Assembly (NCBI GenBank): GCA_000708835.1
Contig: DF237310.1
Span: forward strand, 28,965 to 92,964
DNA from: Klebsormidium nitens
Taxonomy: Eukaryota > Plantae > Klebsormidiophyceae
Direction: 5' to 3'
DNA length: 64,000 nucleotides
The notes beneath the pieces are model-generated. The model saw nothing but the letters and a program-made list of their open reading frames with translations, had not been told where the DNA came from and made no database searches. A program made the translations under genes and the position numbers. Positions 12,801 through 23,621 of this stretch are shown here, one piece after another; the stretch's first letter is position 1; each line of letters begins with the position of its first letter.

Positions 12801-13179
12801 GTCAGAGTTCACGTATAAAATAACGCCTGCTCTCCATGAGGCTCCCCAGGAAAGGGCTCCAGACGTATGCACAGCCGAGTTTCGGAATTGTTTGCCGGTT
12901 GCCGGTATGTGACCAGAGGACGAATCGGTTTGCTCGGATTCGATTTGCCCCTGTCCAAAGGGGGCGCTTTGTACGCGGCTTTTGTCGAAGGGTGACAAAC
13001 GCATTGGTGTGCGGTTCGCTGTTGTTTGTCTGTTTGCAGTCCGGATTCTTATCGCCCCCAATGCATTATTAGTGTTAAATATCTCCCGTACACTATGCAG
13101 GCCAGAAGAGGTTCTTCGAATCGAAGGAGCCCCTGCTGAAGAGACTCAAGCCGAACATCCGCCCTCTGAAACGGTCTGA
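3840..13179 (+). CDS. Plant STAT-like SH2 domain-containing protein (SHA/SHB, STATL family), ~744 aa, 12 exons: 3840-4106, 4701-4886, 5475-5681, 6397-6501, 6718-6795, 7154-7321, 8239-8549, 9335-9589, 10357-10519, 11647-11984, 12485-12562, 13101-13179
   Basis: All junctions are GT-AG with consistent phases. Motifs match Arabidopsis SH2 proteins: KWIHVGAEV, PPLELTLD…DGIWSVVGGK, VALMDALGRPVHRE, GRATFKLKISQLSSKCDNRLFRVCFE, and SH2 core WIAGFLTRGEAEVLL…GTFLLRF…WPHPDAG. Confidence 0.92.
10144..10341. mobile_element. Fold-back MITE, family A, copy 1 (~198 bp), in SH2-gene intron 8
   Basis: Imperfect ~33-bp terminal inverted repeats (TGACAGAACGGATGGAAGGAGAACAGGGACTCCC … GGAAGTCCATGTTCTGCCTCTATCCGTCCTGACA) and an internal inverted pair (TCGACGG / CCGTCGA). 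Homologous to 18630-18823. No clear TSD. Confidence 0.7.
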
Positions 13180-14447
13180 TCAGAGAATCTTCCTAAATGT
13201 CGGAGGTTATGAGGCGAAAGTGTTCAACCCGAACGCCTTGTGTCTCGTGTTTTAGCAGCCTGCGCATTCACTGTACAGATTCCGAGACAAACTGAATAGA
13301 AAGGCTCAAACTTCATTTGTGCAGATCCTTGTCCATAACGCCCTTGCATTGTGCCTCCTTGCATAATGCGAAACCTTGTGCCACTCTCACCCATCGCACA
13401 AGGGTATTGATAGCCTATCACTTGTCAACTCGTGGCGTGCATGACATAGGACGGTATAACCAGTCGGACATGCGAAGTTGCCTCACCAAGACTCATCCAT
13501 GCGTAAGTTCGCCTGAGGCGGCAGTCGCTTTTACGAAATACATTACCTTACCAAAACACTAGATTTGATCGAGTGACCGTCTGTGCGGCCCGGGCCAGGC
13601 TGTACTGCGTCACATCATGACTCACATGTGTAGGCGTACTAGGTGCATCATTGATTGGTGTCATGCAAGGGATCGGGTGCAATGATTTGGCATATGCATA
13701 GTAATCATGTGCAATTCAATGACATTGAACACGATGGAATTTTCGTAGCTGGAGTTTTTGCGTGGGATTAGTTCACAAGGTTCTTAAACCTAAATGGTTG
13801 GAAACCTAATGATAAGCATGCGGATATGCGATTGGTTGAAAAGCGCCGGGAGCAAGCTTACGTGCAATATAAAGACAAGTGCATGTGTTTGCGACTTATT
13901 CTGCATTGAATGCGTCAAGAAAGGTGACGCCCACGGCAAAACACGAATTGCAGGCCGGTCCACAACGGTGCCGCGTCATGCGCAGCAGACCGTCTTGGGC
14001 GACTAATCTACCGTCGACCTGCAACTCAAGTGAGGGCTCCTTTCATGACTTGGCTCTGATTGTCGCCTTCATCATGGGGCATTCTAATTGTCGCCGATCA
14101 TGCTTTTGATGCCAAGTACGTATACTGCAACAAGTAAGTAGACATAAGGTCTTGTATGTGAAAATTTGCACGGTTTTGTAATCTACCGATACAAAAAGGC
14201 GGAAGATAAATGGAGGATGACTCGATAGGTATTAGAATGTCAATATACCCATCCCACGATACACGTCAAGCAAGTTTTCCGTTGATTTCATGCTTCGTTT
14301 GAACCAATTGTGGCGCACGTACCCACACTAGTGGCAAATTTTCATGTTCGATAACGAGCCCTTGTAATTTTGGTTCTCTTCACATTCTACTTATGTTGAA
14401 AGATTGACTCTTTGCAACGAAGCTGTCCGATTTGGCTGCAAGACTTC

Positions 14448-15857
14448 TTAAGGTCTCAGAATTCGGTCCGACTTGATTGCAATCGTTTTACTGGGAGAAA
14501 CCCAGCAATCTCTTATCACAAACCAGCTCGAAGGATAGTCTCGGGCAAGACCTGTGACCACCTTCAAAACGTCCTCTTTCCTCTCGTCCTTGAGCCAAAT
14601 AGTGATATCCATCTGTTGAATGCTCTTACACGCGGCGACAATCAATTTAAGCTTCGAAAGAGCCTCCTGCTTCGTGCAGAAATTCCAATGATCCAACTCA
14701 ACGTGAAGACGCTGAAGCTCTTGAAAGCATGGGCTGTCGCCCTGCTGAAAGATCTTGCCATCGCCAACTTTACTGATGAGAGACCAGGCTTCCGGATGGA
14801 GTCGCAAAAAGCGCACCTTTCCGCATACTTTGCTGAGTTTCTGCAGCGATGGGTAGCTCTTCTCATGCCAGTCTTGGATATCCAATGAGGTCACGTTCGG
14901 TGAGGCGGTCAGGATTTTGAACACGGCAGCCCAACTTCCTGTTCCTACGACGCTTAAATCTAACAGAGAGTCCATTGATTCGGCGCTGTCGAGAAGTATT
15001 TTATTGCGGAGGCAAAGCCATTCTAGTGACCTAGAGCGCAGGATGACCAACCGGCCAGTGCGCACGGTCAACTTCTTCAAAGTAGGAGCCTTGACAACTA
15101 GTCTGCTAGTGACGTAATAATCGACCCCCTTAATACCGTCGCACCAACGTAGCTGCTCCAAAGTGCTGGATGCCACAACGTATTCGTCCAAGTTTCCGAG
15201 CTCAGAGGATGGGAGCTTCTTAAGTAGGCTGACAGTAAGATGCCTCAGCTTTGGCAAGGCTGACAGCGTACTGTGAAAAGTAGCCGGGGACGCCGTCAGG
15301 CGGAACATTCTTAGCTCAATAAGGGAGGAAAGGGGCTTCGTAAGGGTGAAGGCGGAGGAGAGACTCACAGATGCTTCACCCTTGTAGGAGTCTATTGATA
15401 CCTTCTTGAGGTTTTTGCAACCCTGGAGCATGGCACTTAGCTCGCTCCATCCAGCTGAAGCATTATCAATCCCACCAATGGAATCCCAAAGCAGGTACAG
15501 AGTCAGGGACTCCAAGGAATCTGCCGATGACAACAGGACTGGAGCGACAACCGCCAGATCAAGCGGTTTGTCGCGCATGTCTTCCAGCACGATCCTCTTC
15601 CATTGTGCATTTGGATTGCAAGAGATGAACCTGAGAAATCGTGTCGCGTCTTGGTCCTTCCCGATATTCCACAGAAGAACTCTCTCCTCTTTCAACATGC
15701 AAGAGAATAAGCTGCAGGTAGCCCGCAGCCGCCTTGCCCGCTCTACCGACCGTAAGTTGTCGGGCACGCCAAGAATCTTCTTCACAAGATCCAAAGGCAA
15801 GTGGTCGAAGGGATTGGCTGGGTCACTCGCCACAGACGCTTCGTCTAGATTTTCCAT
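14448..15857 (-). CDS. Intronless F-box / LRR-type (RNI/FBD-like) protein, 469 aa from first ATG
   Basis: Uninterrupted ORF 14448-15890. N-terminal F-box signature PFDHLPLDLVKKIL…RLRATCSLF, followed by LRR-like LxxLxL repeats (LESLTLY, LKKVSID, LRHLTVS, LKKLTVR, LQRLHVE). Confidence 0.85.
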   Translation of the reverse strand: MENLDEASVASDPANPFDHLPLDLVKKILGVPDNLRSVERARRLRATCSLFSCMLKEERVLLWNIGKDQDATRFLRFISCNPNAQWKRIVLEDMRDKPLDLAVVAPVLLSSADSLESLTLYLLWDSIGGIDNASAGWSELSAMLQGCKNLKKVSIDSYKGEASVSLSSAFTLTKPLSSLIELRMFRLTASPATFHSTLSALPKLRHLTVSLLKKLPSSELGNLDEYVVASSTLEQLRWCDGIKGVDYYVTSRLVVKAPTLKKLTVRTGRLVILRSRSLEWLCLRNKILLDSAESMDSLLDLSVVGTGSWAAVFKILTASPNVTSLDIQDWHEKSYPSLQKLSKVCGKVRFLRLHPEAWSLISKVGDGKIFQQGDSPCFQELQRLHVELDHWNFCTKQEALSKLKLIVAACKSIQQMDITIWLKDERKEDVLKVVTGLARDYPSSWFVIRDCWVSPSKTIAIKSDRILRP

Positions 15858-16517
15858 GTTCCAGGAAGTTTGTTTGTTGAACAAAGACAACCTTAGGGCA
15901 CCATCTGGGACTTGAATGACTAGGAAGGCTACTCTAGCCTCAAACCAAGTCTATCCTCATGTTTCTAGTAACTGCGCGCTTTCAGAGAGAGAAGTATGGA
16001 GTTATCAGGCAGGATTGATTGCAGTGGTGCGCCTTCGAACAAAACCCTCGCGTACCAGAGCGCTAGCTCCCTAGCAAGCCTCTGAACCTCCTGCTGAGCT
16101 GGATAGAGTTGTACTGCGTGATTGAACTCCTGCGAAAGCGCGCAGCCTCCAGCGTCTCAGCGAAGACGGCGACTCTGTATCAGACCGTAGTGTCAATCAA
16201 TCAGCTTCAGATTGTAACGTAATGCGACTGACACATAGCCGCGTGGCATAGCTCAAAGGCTTTGACGCACTTTGACGATCGGCAAGGAAGAAGGCTGCAC
16301 GACTGAACAAACTTGATATTACAGCGCGCGCGGACGCACGCGACGGTTTGCAGTGGCTTAGAAGGCACCTGCTTATAGCGCAAGATACAGTAACAAGGGC
16401 TTCGAGATTGTGCGTAGAGAAGTCCGTCTGCCTTTGCAGCCTGTGGTGGAGTTTTTTGGTAAGTACACCTCTGAATAATGCTTGGCAGTTGAGTGGTGTT
16501 CAGATTGCCAAAGAAGC

Positions 16518-17186
16518 ATGGAGAAGCTACCCGAGGCAGTGGAGTCCATGACGCTTGGCTCTTCCGGAGACATGTTCGATGAGGACGAGCCCGAACTCGA
16601 AGATTTAATGCCTTTCTACTTGTCTGCGGAACCTCTGCTAGGCAAAGATTTGCTTCCTTTCAAGAGACGAGCGGAGGAGAGAGGCATCACGACTCCGGCT
16701 GCCTTTCTGCAAGACAAGGGGTTCCGAAAGGCGCTTGTGAAATTGGTCAGAACAAAAGCAGGCATCGATGGGACAGGAAGCCCCGAGAACCTTGAGGGTA
16801 CGCGATGGTATGGGGAGTTCTTTGCGGATATTGTGGAGCCTGCATGCGACATTGATAAAACACTGGCCAAGTCCCTTGGGTATGAATCCGAACCAGAAGA
16901 ATCTGAGCCAATTGACATGACTTTGGTGCCGCTCCCAGGCAAGGCCTTCCTTCCACTGAAGAGGAAAGCAGAGGAAAGACGCATCACCACCCCTAAGGCT
17001 CTCCTGCAAGACGAGGAGTTCCAGAAGGAGCTGTCGAAACTGGTCAGAGTTATGGTCACCATTGATGCCAGCAGCGATTTGGAGAATGCAGAAGGAGGGG
17101 AGTGGTACAGGGATTTTGTTCCTGAAGTTTTGGAGCCAGCTTGCGAGATGGACAAATCTCTCGCGAAGAAGTTCAACTGTTTCTAA
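16518..17186 (+). CDS. Hypothetical intronless protein (222 aa) built of two tandem ~95-aa homologous domains
   Basis: Open frame with an internal duplication: PLLGKDLLPFKRRAEERGITTP…FRKALVKLVR…ENLEGTRWYGEFFADIVEPACDIDKTLAKSL versus PLPGKAFLPLKRKAEERRITTP…FQKELSKLVR…ENAEGGEWYRDFVPEVLEPACEMDKSLAKKF. Both copies stay in frame, which argues for a real gene. Confidence 0.75.
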   Translation: MEKLPEAVESMTLGSSGDMFDEDEPELEDLMPFYLSAEPLLGKDLLPFKRRAEERGITTPAAFLQDKGFRKALVKLVRTKAGIDGTGSPENLEGTRWYGEFFADIVEPACDIDKTLAKSLGYESEPEESEPIDMTLVPLPGKAFLPLKRKAEERRITTPKALLQDEEFQKELSKLVRVMVTIDASSDLENAEGGEWYRDFVPEVLEPACEMDKSLAKKFNCF

Positions 17187-17304
17187 AACGGTGCTAGCGG
17201 TGCCTCCGACCCCTTCAGGTAAGAATGAGTGAAAAAAGATTGATCGCCAACTTCTTACAGGAGTTGACCGGAGGGCTGCAGAGACTGCCATGGCTTGAGA
17301 GAGG

Positions 17305-18250
17305 TCAGAAAGAACCCGCTGACTTCTCGAGTTGTTCCTTAATGAAACTGATTGGCTTTTGTTTCATGTCGAACCAACCTGGAAAACTAATGATAAGAGC
17401 TGAGTGTGTCAAGTTGGTAAGAAACGAGTTCAGGTCTTCGTGGCACACCCGTTCAAGTTGACTCGTTTCCCGTCTGAAGACGAGGGATCGGAAACCTTCA
17501 ATTTGCGATTGCTCAGGTTTGTAACTTGCTGGATGCTGTCTGTCCTTCGATGTCCTTGTCTGTTCTTCGATGTCCTTGCTGATGCATCTCGAGCTCAGAA
17601 TAGACTTGAATGGCAATGCTTGAGATCTAAGCAGATGAGAGAAACGGCCTGCGACTACATCGATCCGATGGCAGATTTAGGGTACTTGTCGCCATGTGGG
17701 ATGTTTCTATTTCGAGAAAATCAGTCAGACGTTTTCTCTGCAAGAAGGCGTTTGGAGAAACGGCGGCAAAAGTCCCGGTGGAAGCAAATCTTGGCCAGTT
17801 CCCCTTCGTCAGACCCAATCCCATTCTCATGTCACCTCGCCTTCGCAACGAGCGCTTCTTCAGACCTTTCACGACTTGACGGGCATACTCTGAGGTGAAT
17901 TTTCGACCGTTCGTGCAGGTTTTGCTCCCTTCGTGTCACGCAGGCCCGTTGCTGCAGAGGTCAGCGCTCTCTGGTCCAAGGCCCGGATCGCCTCTAGGTT
18001 TTGTCAGGTCCGAATTGGCAACGGCTGCTGTTGAGATTAGGTTGCAGCGTCCGAAAGGTTCTTCTTACAGGTTAGAGGTCGAAAGGTCCTTCTCGCCCTT
18101 TGTATAGCCGTAGCCCGGAAGGGGTTGAACGGTGGTTTTGGATATAATTTTAAGGCTTGCTTGTAAATTGCTTCGCTGACCTGAAGCGTCTTCGGGTGTT
18201 ACTTGGACTTCAAATCTGCGCCAATTGGATCCAGTTGCTTCCTTTTGCAT
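17305..18250 (-). CDS. Possible multi-exon hypothetical gene (MQKEATGSNWRRFEV…; …VKGLKKRSLRRRGDMRMGLG…)
   Basis: ATG-initiated ORF 18065-18250 with a possible GTAAGA donor, plus further ORF pieces 17627-17872 and 17305-17616. No family recognised and the exon chain was not resolved. Confidence 0.25.
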
Positions 18251-18629
18251 CAGCTTCTCGATAGCTTTCTGCTATTTATCATGATCATAAGCAGTTGAAT
18301 TGGCTCCTCATGCACTTCACGAAACTGAGCTACCTGCCCTGCAAAGCTTCAGAGCGCTAGGATCTGAATACTTAGACCCGGTTAGATCATCCTTTCCAGC
18401 AATTCCGTAACATATACCCGGGCGTACTACTCACAGAAGCGCTTACTCCACACATACCCTACTGCTGACTCATGGTCGTGCCTATCGCTTCAATTCAACG
18501 AAGTCTACCATAGAACGAAGCAGTGCAATCCTAGGCTTTCGTACATAAAAGTCCTCGTGAAATCCTCATCACACAGATTTACATGTACAAATGCAGCGAC
18601 GATCACCTGCAGTCAGTTCATTGTATTCC

Positions 18630-18823
18630 TGTCAGAACGGAAGGAAAGAGAACAGGGACTCCCGGCAGACTGCGTAGGACGCCCTTCAACTATAACCCCT
18701 TCGACGGTCAGAATCAGTGAATCCAGTCAACCCAGACCGTCGATCCTAGGGGGTTATAGCTAGGAGGGGTCCCTTACGTCGGCTTGGGAGTCCACGTACG
18801 TTCTCCCTTCTTCCGTTCTGTCA
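18630..18823. mobile_element. Fold-back MITE, family A, copy 2 (~194 bp)
   Basis: TIRs TGTCAGAACGGAAGGAAAGAGAACAGGGACTCCC … GGGAGTCCACGTACGTTCTCCCTTCTTCCGTTCTGTCA, with an internal inverted pair ATAACCCC..TCGACGGTC / GACCGTCGA..GGGGTTAT. Colinear with 10144-10341. Confidence 0.72.
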
Positions 18824-19331
18824 ATAAGAGTTCAGTGTCGTGCATATACGTGTGCATCTGGCACTCAAATCCATGTGCCTGCAACCGACCTCGGGATCAG
18901 CTGCATCGGTTCAGTAGCATGTGACGGTCCAATATTGGTTGGGAATGACTAGTAATGCGGCAATGTACACCATCCGTTCAAGATGGTCATTGGGTCATGC
19001 CTGAATAATCCACATGTGAAAAGCTAGCTTGAAAGTGAGCCTAGATTGAAATCAAGCTCAATCAGACCGATGTACATGCAACCTTTATACACCATCATGC
19101 ACAAACATGATCTTCAACAACAAAAAAAGAAGAATATCAAATTTTGACCACATCAAACGAGCACCCATCATGCCTACCTAATTTTCTCTCAAGTCAAGTT
19201 GTGTTTTTCCGAAATACTTTCTGCGACTTCCATAAGTGTGCTGTCGATTATTGCAGTAACAAAACAATCTGCCGCAAATGTGCAACAGCTTGACTTATTG
19301 CGTTGACTTGCGTCGACAAGAACTGCACTTA

Positions 19332-22016
19332 TCAGTGCACCCACGTAGACCTCCCTTCCAAACCCAGCCCGTTCGCAGTAGGCAGCTTCCAACTGGACCG
19401 ACATGCTTTGCCGCTAACCCCACGGCCCTTTACTCGGCTTGGCGTCCAGCCCAGCTCCTCTGCCCTTCCCGAGAACAGGTCGAAAACCCCCAAGCCAGCA
19501 ACACATCCGGCTGCCGGCGCCTCCAAGTCGCCCTCCGCTTTCATCCTCTCCGCTCTCCTAACATCCGCGTGAACTCTTGCCGGCTGCTGCACTGCCGTCG
19601 CTCTGACGAAAGGCGTCCCTCCCCCTGGCGAACTTGCCGCCATTTGCCGCTGCGCTGCCGCTTTCTGCTGCAACCTGTACCGCTCCCCACGCGACCCAAT
19701 CACCTGCCCCAGGATCGCCGCTAAAATCGTGAGCACCATTGCCGTCTTGGGGATAAGCACCGCCTTCCTCAGCATCGCCACGAACGGAACCGCCGCGTGC
19801 ACCGCCACGAACCACTCCGGCGAGAACTTCTCGACATGCTCCCTCCACATCCCGAGAGGCACATTCACCGCTAGTGTGGAACCCCCCACCGCGAGCAGCT
19901 TCCATTCCAGGGGCTGGGGGCGCAACTGCCGGATGGGGGGGGTTTTGGAAAGGGCAACCCTGGCAGCAATGATGGGGGCGGGACAGCTGAGTTTGATGTT
20001 CTGGGGGTTGCGGAAGAGCTCGGTTGCTGCGGGGGCCAGTTCCATGATCACACGGTGCATCTTGGCGATGGGGCAGTTGCTTGTGCTGAGCCACTCCTTG
20101 GCATCCACCGGCTCTCCGTGGACGTGCTGCTGCAAGAGACGCACGGGAGGGGGGGTCAAGGGATGGAGAAAGGGATGCAGCAGCCAGTGGGTTACTTGCA
20201 TTGGGCGAGCAAGATCGCTCAGGAGAGCGATTCTGATGCAGGCCTTAAGAACATTAGTATTTGACTGCTCAAATACTCCTCATGCGGAAGCAAAAAGGCA
20301 TTAAAGGCAGCAACTTCTTCATTCCCTAATCACAGATTGAGGGGACAGCACACGGCGAGCGATGAGGTCATTGCACTGTATTGAAAGACAACGTCAGAGA
20401 CACAAATGCCCGACGCTGGCAAAATCACTACTTTCAAGTTGACTCTAATATCCTTTAGACAACTTCCATCCGTGCATGCACAGCTCAAGCAAAACCACAG
20501 GAGCACGCGATGGTGCAAACAAGCAGAACGACGCACCTGCGTAGGCGCTTCTGGCGCAGCAACTGCCTTCGCAGGCTTTGCTCTTGCCTTCGCTTGTTGA
20601 GGTTTTGGACCAATCCCAATCTCTGCTCTAGTCTTCAGAGTCTCTGACTGCGAAGCAGGCTCTCTACCACCAGTTGATGCCTCAAGGCGTCTGCTGCTCT
20701 TTGCTGGTTCCGGGCGACCAGATTTTGCTGGTTCTGGCTGTGTACGCTTATTTCTGGCAGCCATGAAACCATCCCAGCTGAAAGGGTTGGGAGCCTGCAA
20801 GGCGAGCCAACGAGAGGGTCATTGAGGTGGCACTTACCATCAAAATGTACGTGCTCGGAAATATGCATCCAACACAGTCACAATACAGGATTTTACAATT
20901 CGTTAGTGCAAATAGCAACATGCCCCAAGTAGCATTCTGTGCACTTTAGGTATCGTACGGTCCACATCATTGAGGTAACATCCTGCTTGATCTTGAGGAG
21001 TCCTCGAGAACGAACGAGACTCAATGGACGATAGACAAAGGTGTCCACAAGGTGTAAATCACTCACCCCTCCCCCAAAGGCAGAGATGCTGATTGTGGCT
21101 GCAGATGCGGCAAGTGGATGCTGAGCAGTCCGCGGACCATCTAGGGCTTGTGTTCTAGGACACGCCCTATCTTTAGCCCTTGCTGGAGCCTCAGACTTGT
21201 CCAACTGCTCTGAGAACCTTGCCAACGGAACAACTCCCCCAGAACCATGGAACAATCTGCGATCAACAGAAAGACAAGCCACCAAGTCAAATGGAAGTCA
21301 CAGTGCATGCCCTATGAATATTGAGCAAGATCCAAATTGCTGAAGTGCTGAGAACCCCCACCTCCTGAGCATGTGACAAAATACAAGTTGATATCACGTC
21401 AATGAATCCCACCATGGCAAGATCAAGTGTGAAAATGGCCTCATTCAGGAACCAGGCCAAGCAAACCAGGCCATGCAGACAAACCTGCGACAACATCACA
21501 GCGACATCCTTGCCACATGCCTTGCCACTTATGCCTCTTCTTGACTTCCGAGAGAAAAACTTAGGGCAAAGAACTTGCAGCTCTCTGCATCATACCTGCC
21601 TGCAACTTCTCTGCATCAAACCTGCCAATGGATTTGGCTGTCGAACCCTCCGAGGATGGTTCCTGGGCTTCAACCCTTTTATTGACATTGACGATGAGAA
21701 AGCCATCTAACGGCCCAAGATCACGAACCATGCTCAATAATTTGGACCCATGACGCAAACAGCTTGTAGCTGCCGCAGCTCACGTCCTTCCAAAATCTCA
21801 CCTTAGTGTTGACTCAAAATTTGGCTCGTCACAGAAGATGGGGCCCCGCTGCGCAGGGCACTGGCCTTGAGCCCTATCTTTGGTTGCCGAAGGTCCGCCG
21901 GGGGCCTTTGCAAGATCCACATTGGTGTCCTTCATGATTGACCTAAGAAAAGGACACGCCTGCACCCCCATCGATATGACGTCCATCCCTTCTGCAGCTC
22001 CTTTGAGAAACTCCAT
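19332..22016 (-). CDS. NHR2A/NHR2B-like (At5g45410/At4g25030 family) protein; exons 22016-21802, 21256-21067, 20794-20537, 20129-19332
   Basis: Family motifs ACPFLR, RGPIFCDEPNFESTLRLFHGSGGVVPL, HPLAASAATISISAFG, EWLSTSNCPIAK, LRPQPL…VNVPLGMWREHVEKFSPEWFVAVHAAVPF…LGQVIGSRGER. GT-AG junctions are in phase. Confidence 0.88.
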
Positions 22017-22560
22017 CCCCAATTTAGCTTGGAGTCCAACTGGCAACTGCTGGTATGCCTTTCCTGTCTGGTCCCCAAGGAAAGCGTTCACAAGGGTGAC
22101 GCCTCTACTCTATGAAACCATTAACAAATTTGAAAACGACCGGCTCCAACCTTCACTGCACTTTGCACCCCTTGCAAGCAACCTTGCTCTTGTCCCTGGA
22201 CCTGGCTCCTGTGGACTGATGTCACTTTGAGAGAAAGGGAGGCGTTCGCAGGGAGAACAAGTTGAAGGGAACTCTGTGTCCCGGCCTGCCTACTACTAGG
22301 ACAAAGGCCCAGGGCCAGGGTTGCTTCAGGTTGCTTCCTCCGAAACCAAGCATGTGATACTTGACTCAAGTCTTGAGCCTGCTTGAGCTGCAACTGGTCA
22401 ATGACGCGTCCAATAGGGTTATGGCTAGTGTTACATTCGAGACAGTCGAAAACTGAACCGAGGCAAATTTTGGGGTTAACAAACGAGAATGGAGATTTGC
22501 TGGCCCGTGGGAATCTCTAGAGGTTGCGGCGTGTTGTTGACATCAGCCCGATCAGGCGCG

Positions 22561-22779
22561 CAGGGATTCCCACAACTGGCAGCCTGGGGCGGACCTGGCT
22601 GGCCGGGAAAGGACCCTGGCTGGTGCCGAAGGCACCCCGCCAGCTCGGTAGCTGGTAAAATCGACAGGTCCGTAGGGCACTCAGCTGGCCGGTAGAGCCA
22701 ACCGCCTACCACCCAGCTGGTACAACCGGGGGGCTGCCTGTGGCTGGCTGGCCGGGACGAAAGTCCATGGGAATCCCTG
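22561..22779. mobile_element. MITE family B (219 bp) with 12-bp perfect TIR and 10-bp target-site duplication
   Basis: CAGGGATTCCCA (22561-22572) … TGGGAATCCCTG (22768-22779). Flanks ATCAGGCGCG (22551-22560) and ATCAGGCGTG (22780-22789) differ by one CpG>TpG change. Confidence 0.8.
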
Positions 22780-23621
22780 ATCAGGCGTGCAGTTTGAGAT
22801 CGTGAATTAATTTGACCAGTATTTATTAGGTCTTAGAATCATGCTTGGGGTCAGCGCGAAAATGGGAGAAGCAATCGACGGTTCAGACCACGGGTTTTTG
22901 CCACATGGTACTAGAACATGTTAAATGAACGGCTTTGAATGCAGGTTCGTGTACCCTAGAATCAAAGAGGTGTTCTGAAATGCCAGGCCCTATTGACGAC
23001 CACTGCTTGCATCATGCAGTTGCATATGCAGTGCTGAGATGCACTCGAGATCTTGATTCAAGAGTCTTCTAGAAAACCTCGGGGCAGGGGGATCGCCCCG
23101 CTACCGCGGCGTATACCGCCTCGTAGGACTGCGGCCGGATCACATGCACAACATGCAGAATGGTGCTGACTCCTGAGAATCCAAGTGAGCTAGGTAGCTG
23201 GAGATGCCGCGCCGATCGAGGGAGTCATGAGCTGCTGGCAGTTCCTGCAATGCTGTGATCTTTTCGCCTTGAAAGTCAAGCTGACGGATTGATGAGACAG
23301 TCGCCCCTTCCATCATCTTGCTTTTCGTGAAGCTCAGCTGAATATTGCTGCAGTTTGGACTGAAGAAGCTCGTTCCTCAAAGAGTCCCCAACAAGAGAGG
23401 AGACTTCTCTTACTTTTGCTTGGCGTCTGCGCAATTGAGTCTTAGTTGCACGGATCGATAGCACAGTCGATGTTTAGCAGCATCTCTGAAGTCAGAGCCC
23501 TGATCGCACCTCTGATCGTGCAAACAGGCTTGCACTGATAGCAGCACCGTCAAGATCAAAGTTACAACTCCAACTTGGTTGTGAAAAGGAGGTTGCTTTG
23601 CAGTGTCAAATTTCTGCAACA

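Noticed and set aside
13560-14400. AT-richer TGCATG/ATAT-rich tracts (also ~27200-27850, ~36240-37000, ~41570-42500) as TE remnants
   Set aside because: No termini, TSD, ORF or alignable copy could be identified by eye; composition alone is insufficient.
15406-15915. 169-aa plus-strand ORF
   Set aside because: Antisense shadow of the F-box gene.
16616-17291. Long minus-strand ORFs (186 aa and 217 aa)
   Set aside because: Antisense shadows of the 16518-17186 gene; their translations are Ser-rich and not protein-like.
19558-20304. Overlapping 178-aa and 191-aa ORFs
   Set aside because: Alternative-frame and antisense shadows of the GC-rich last exon of the NHR2-like gene.
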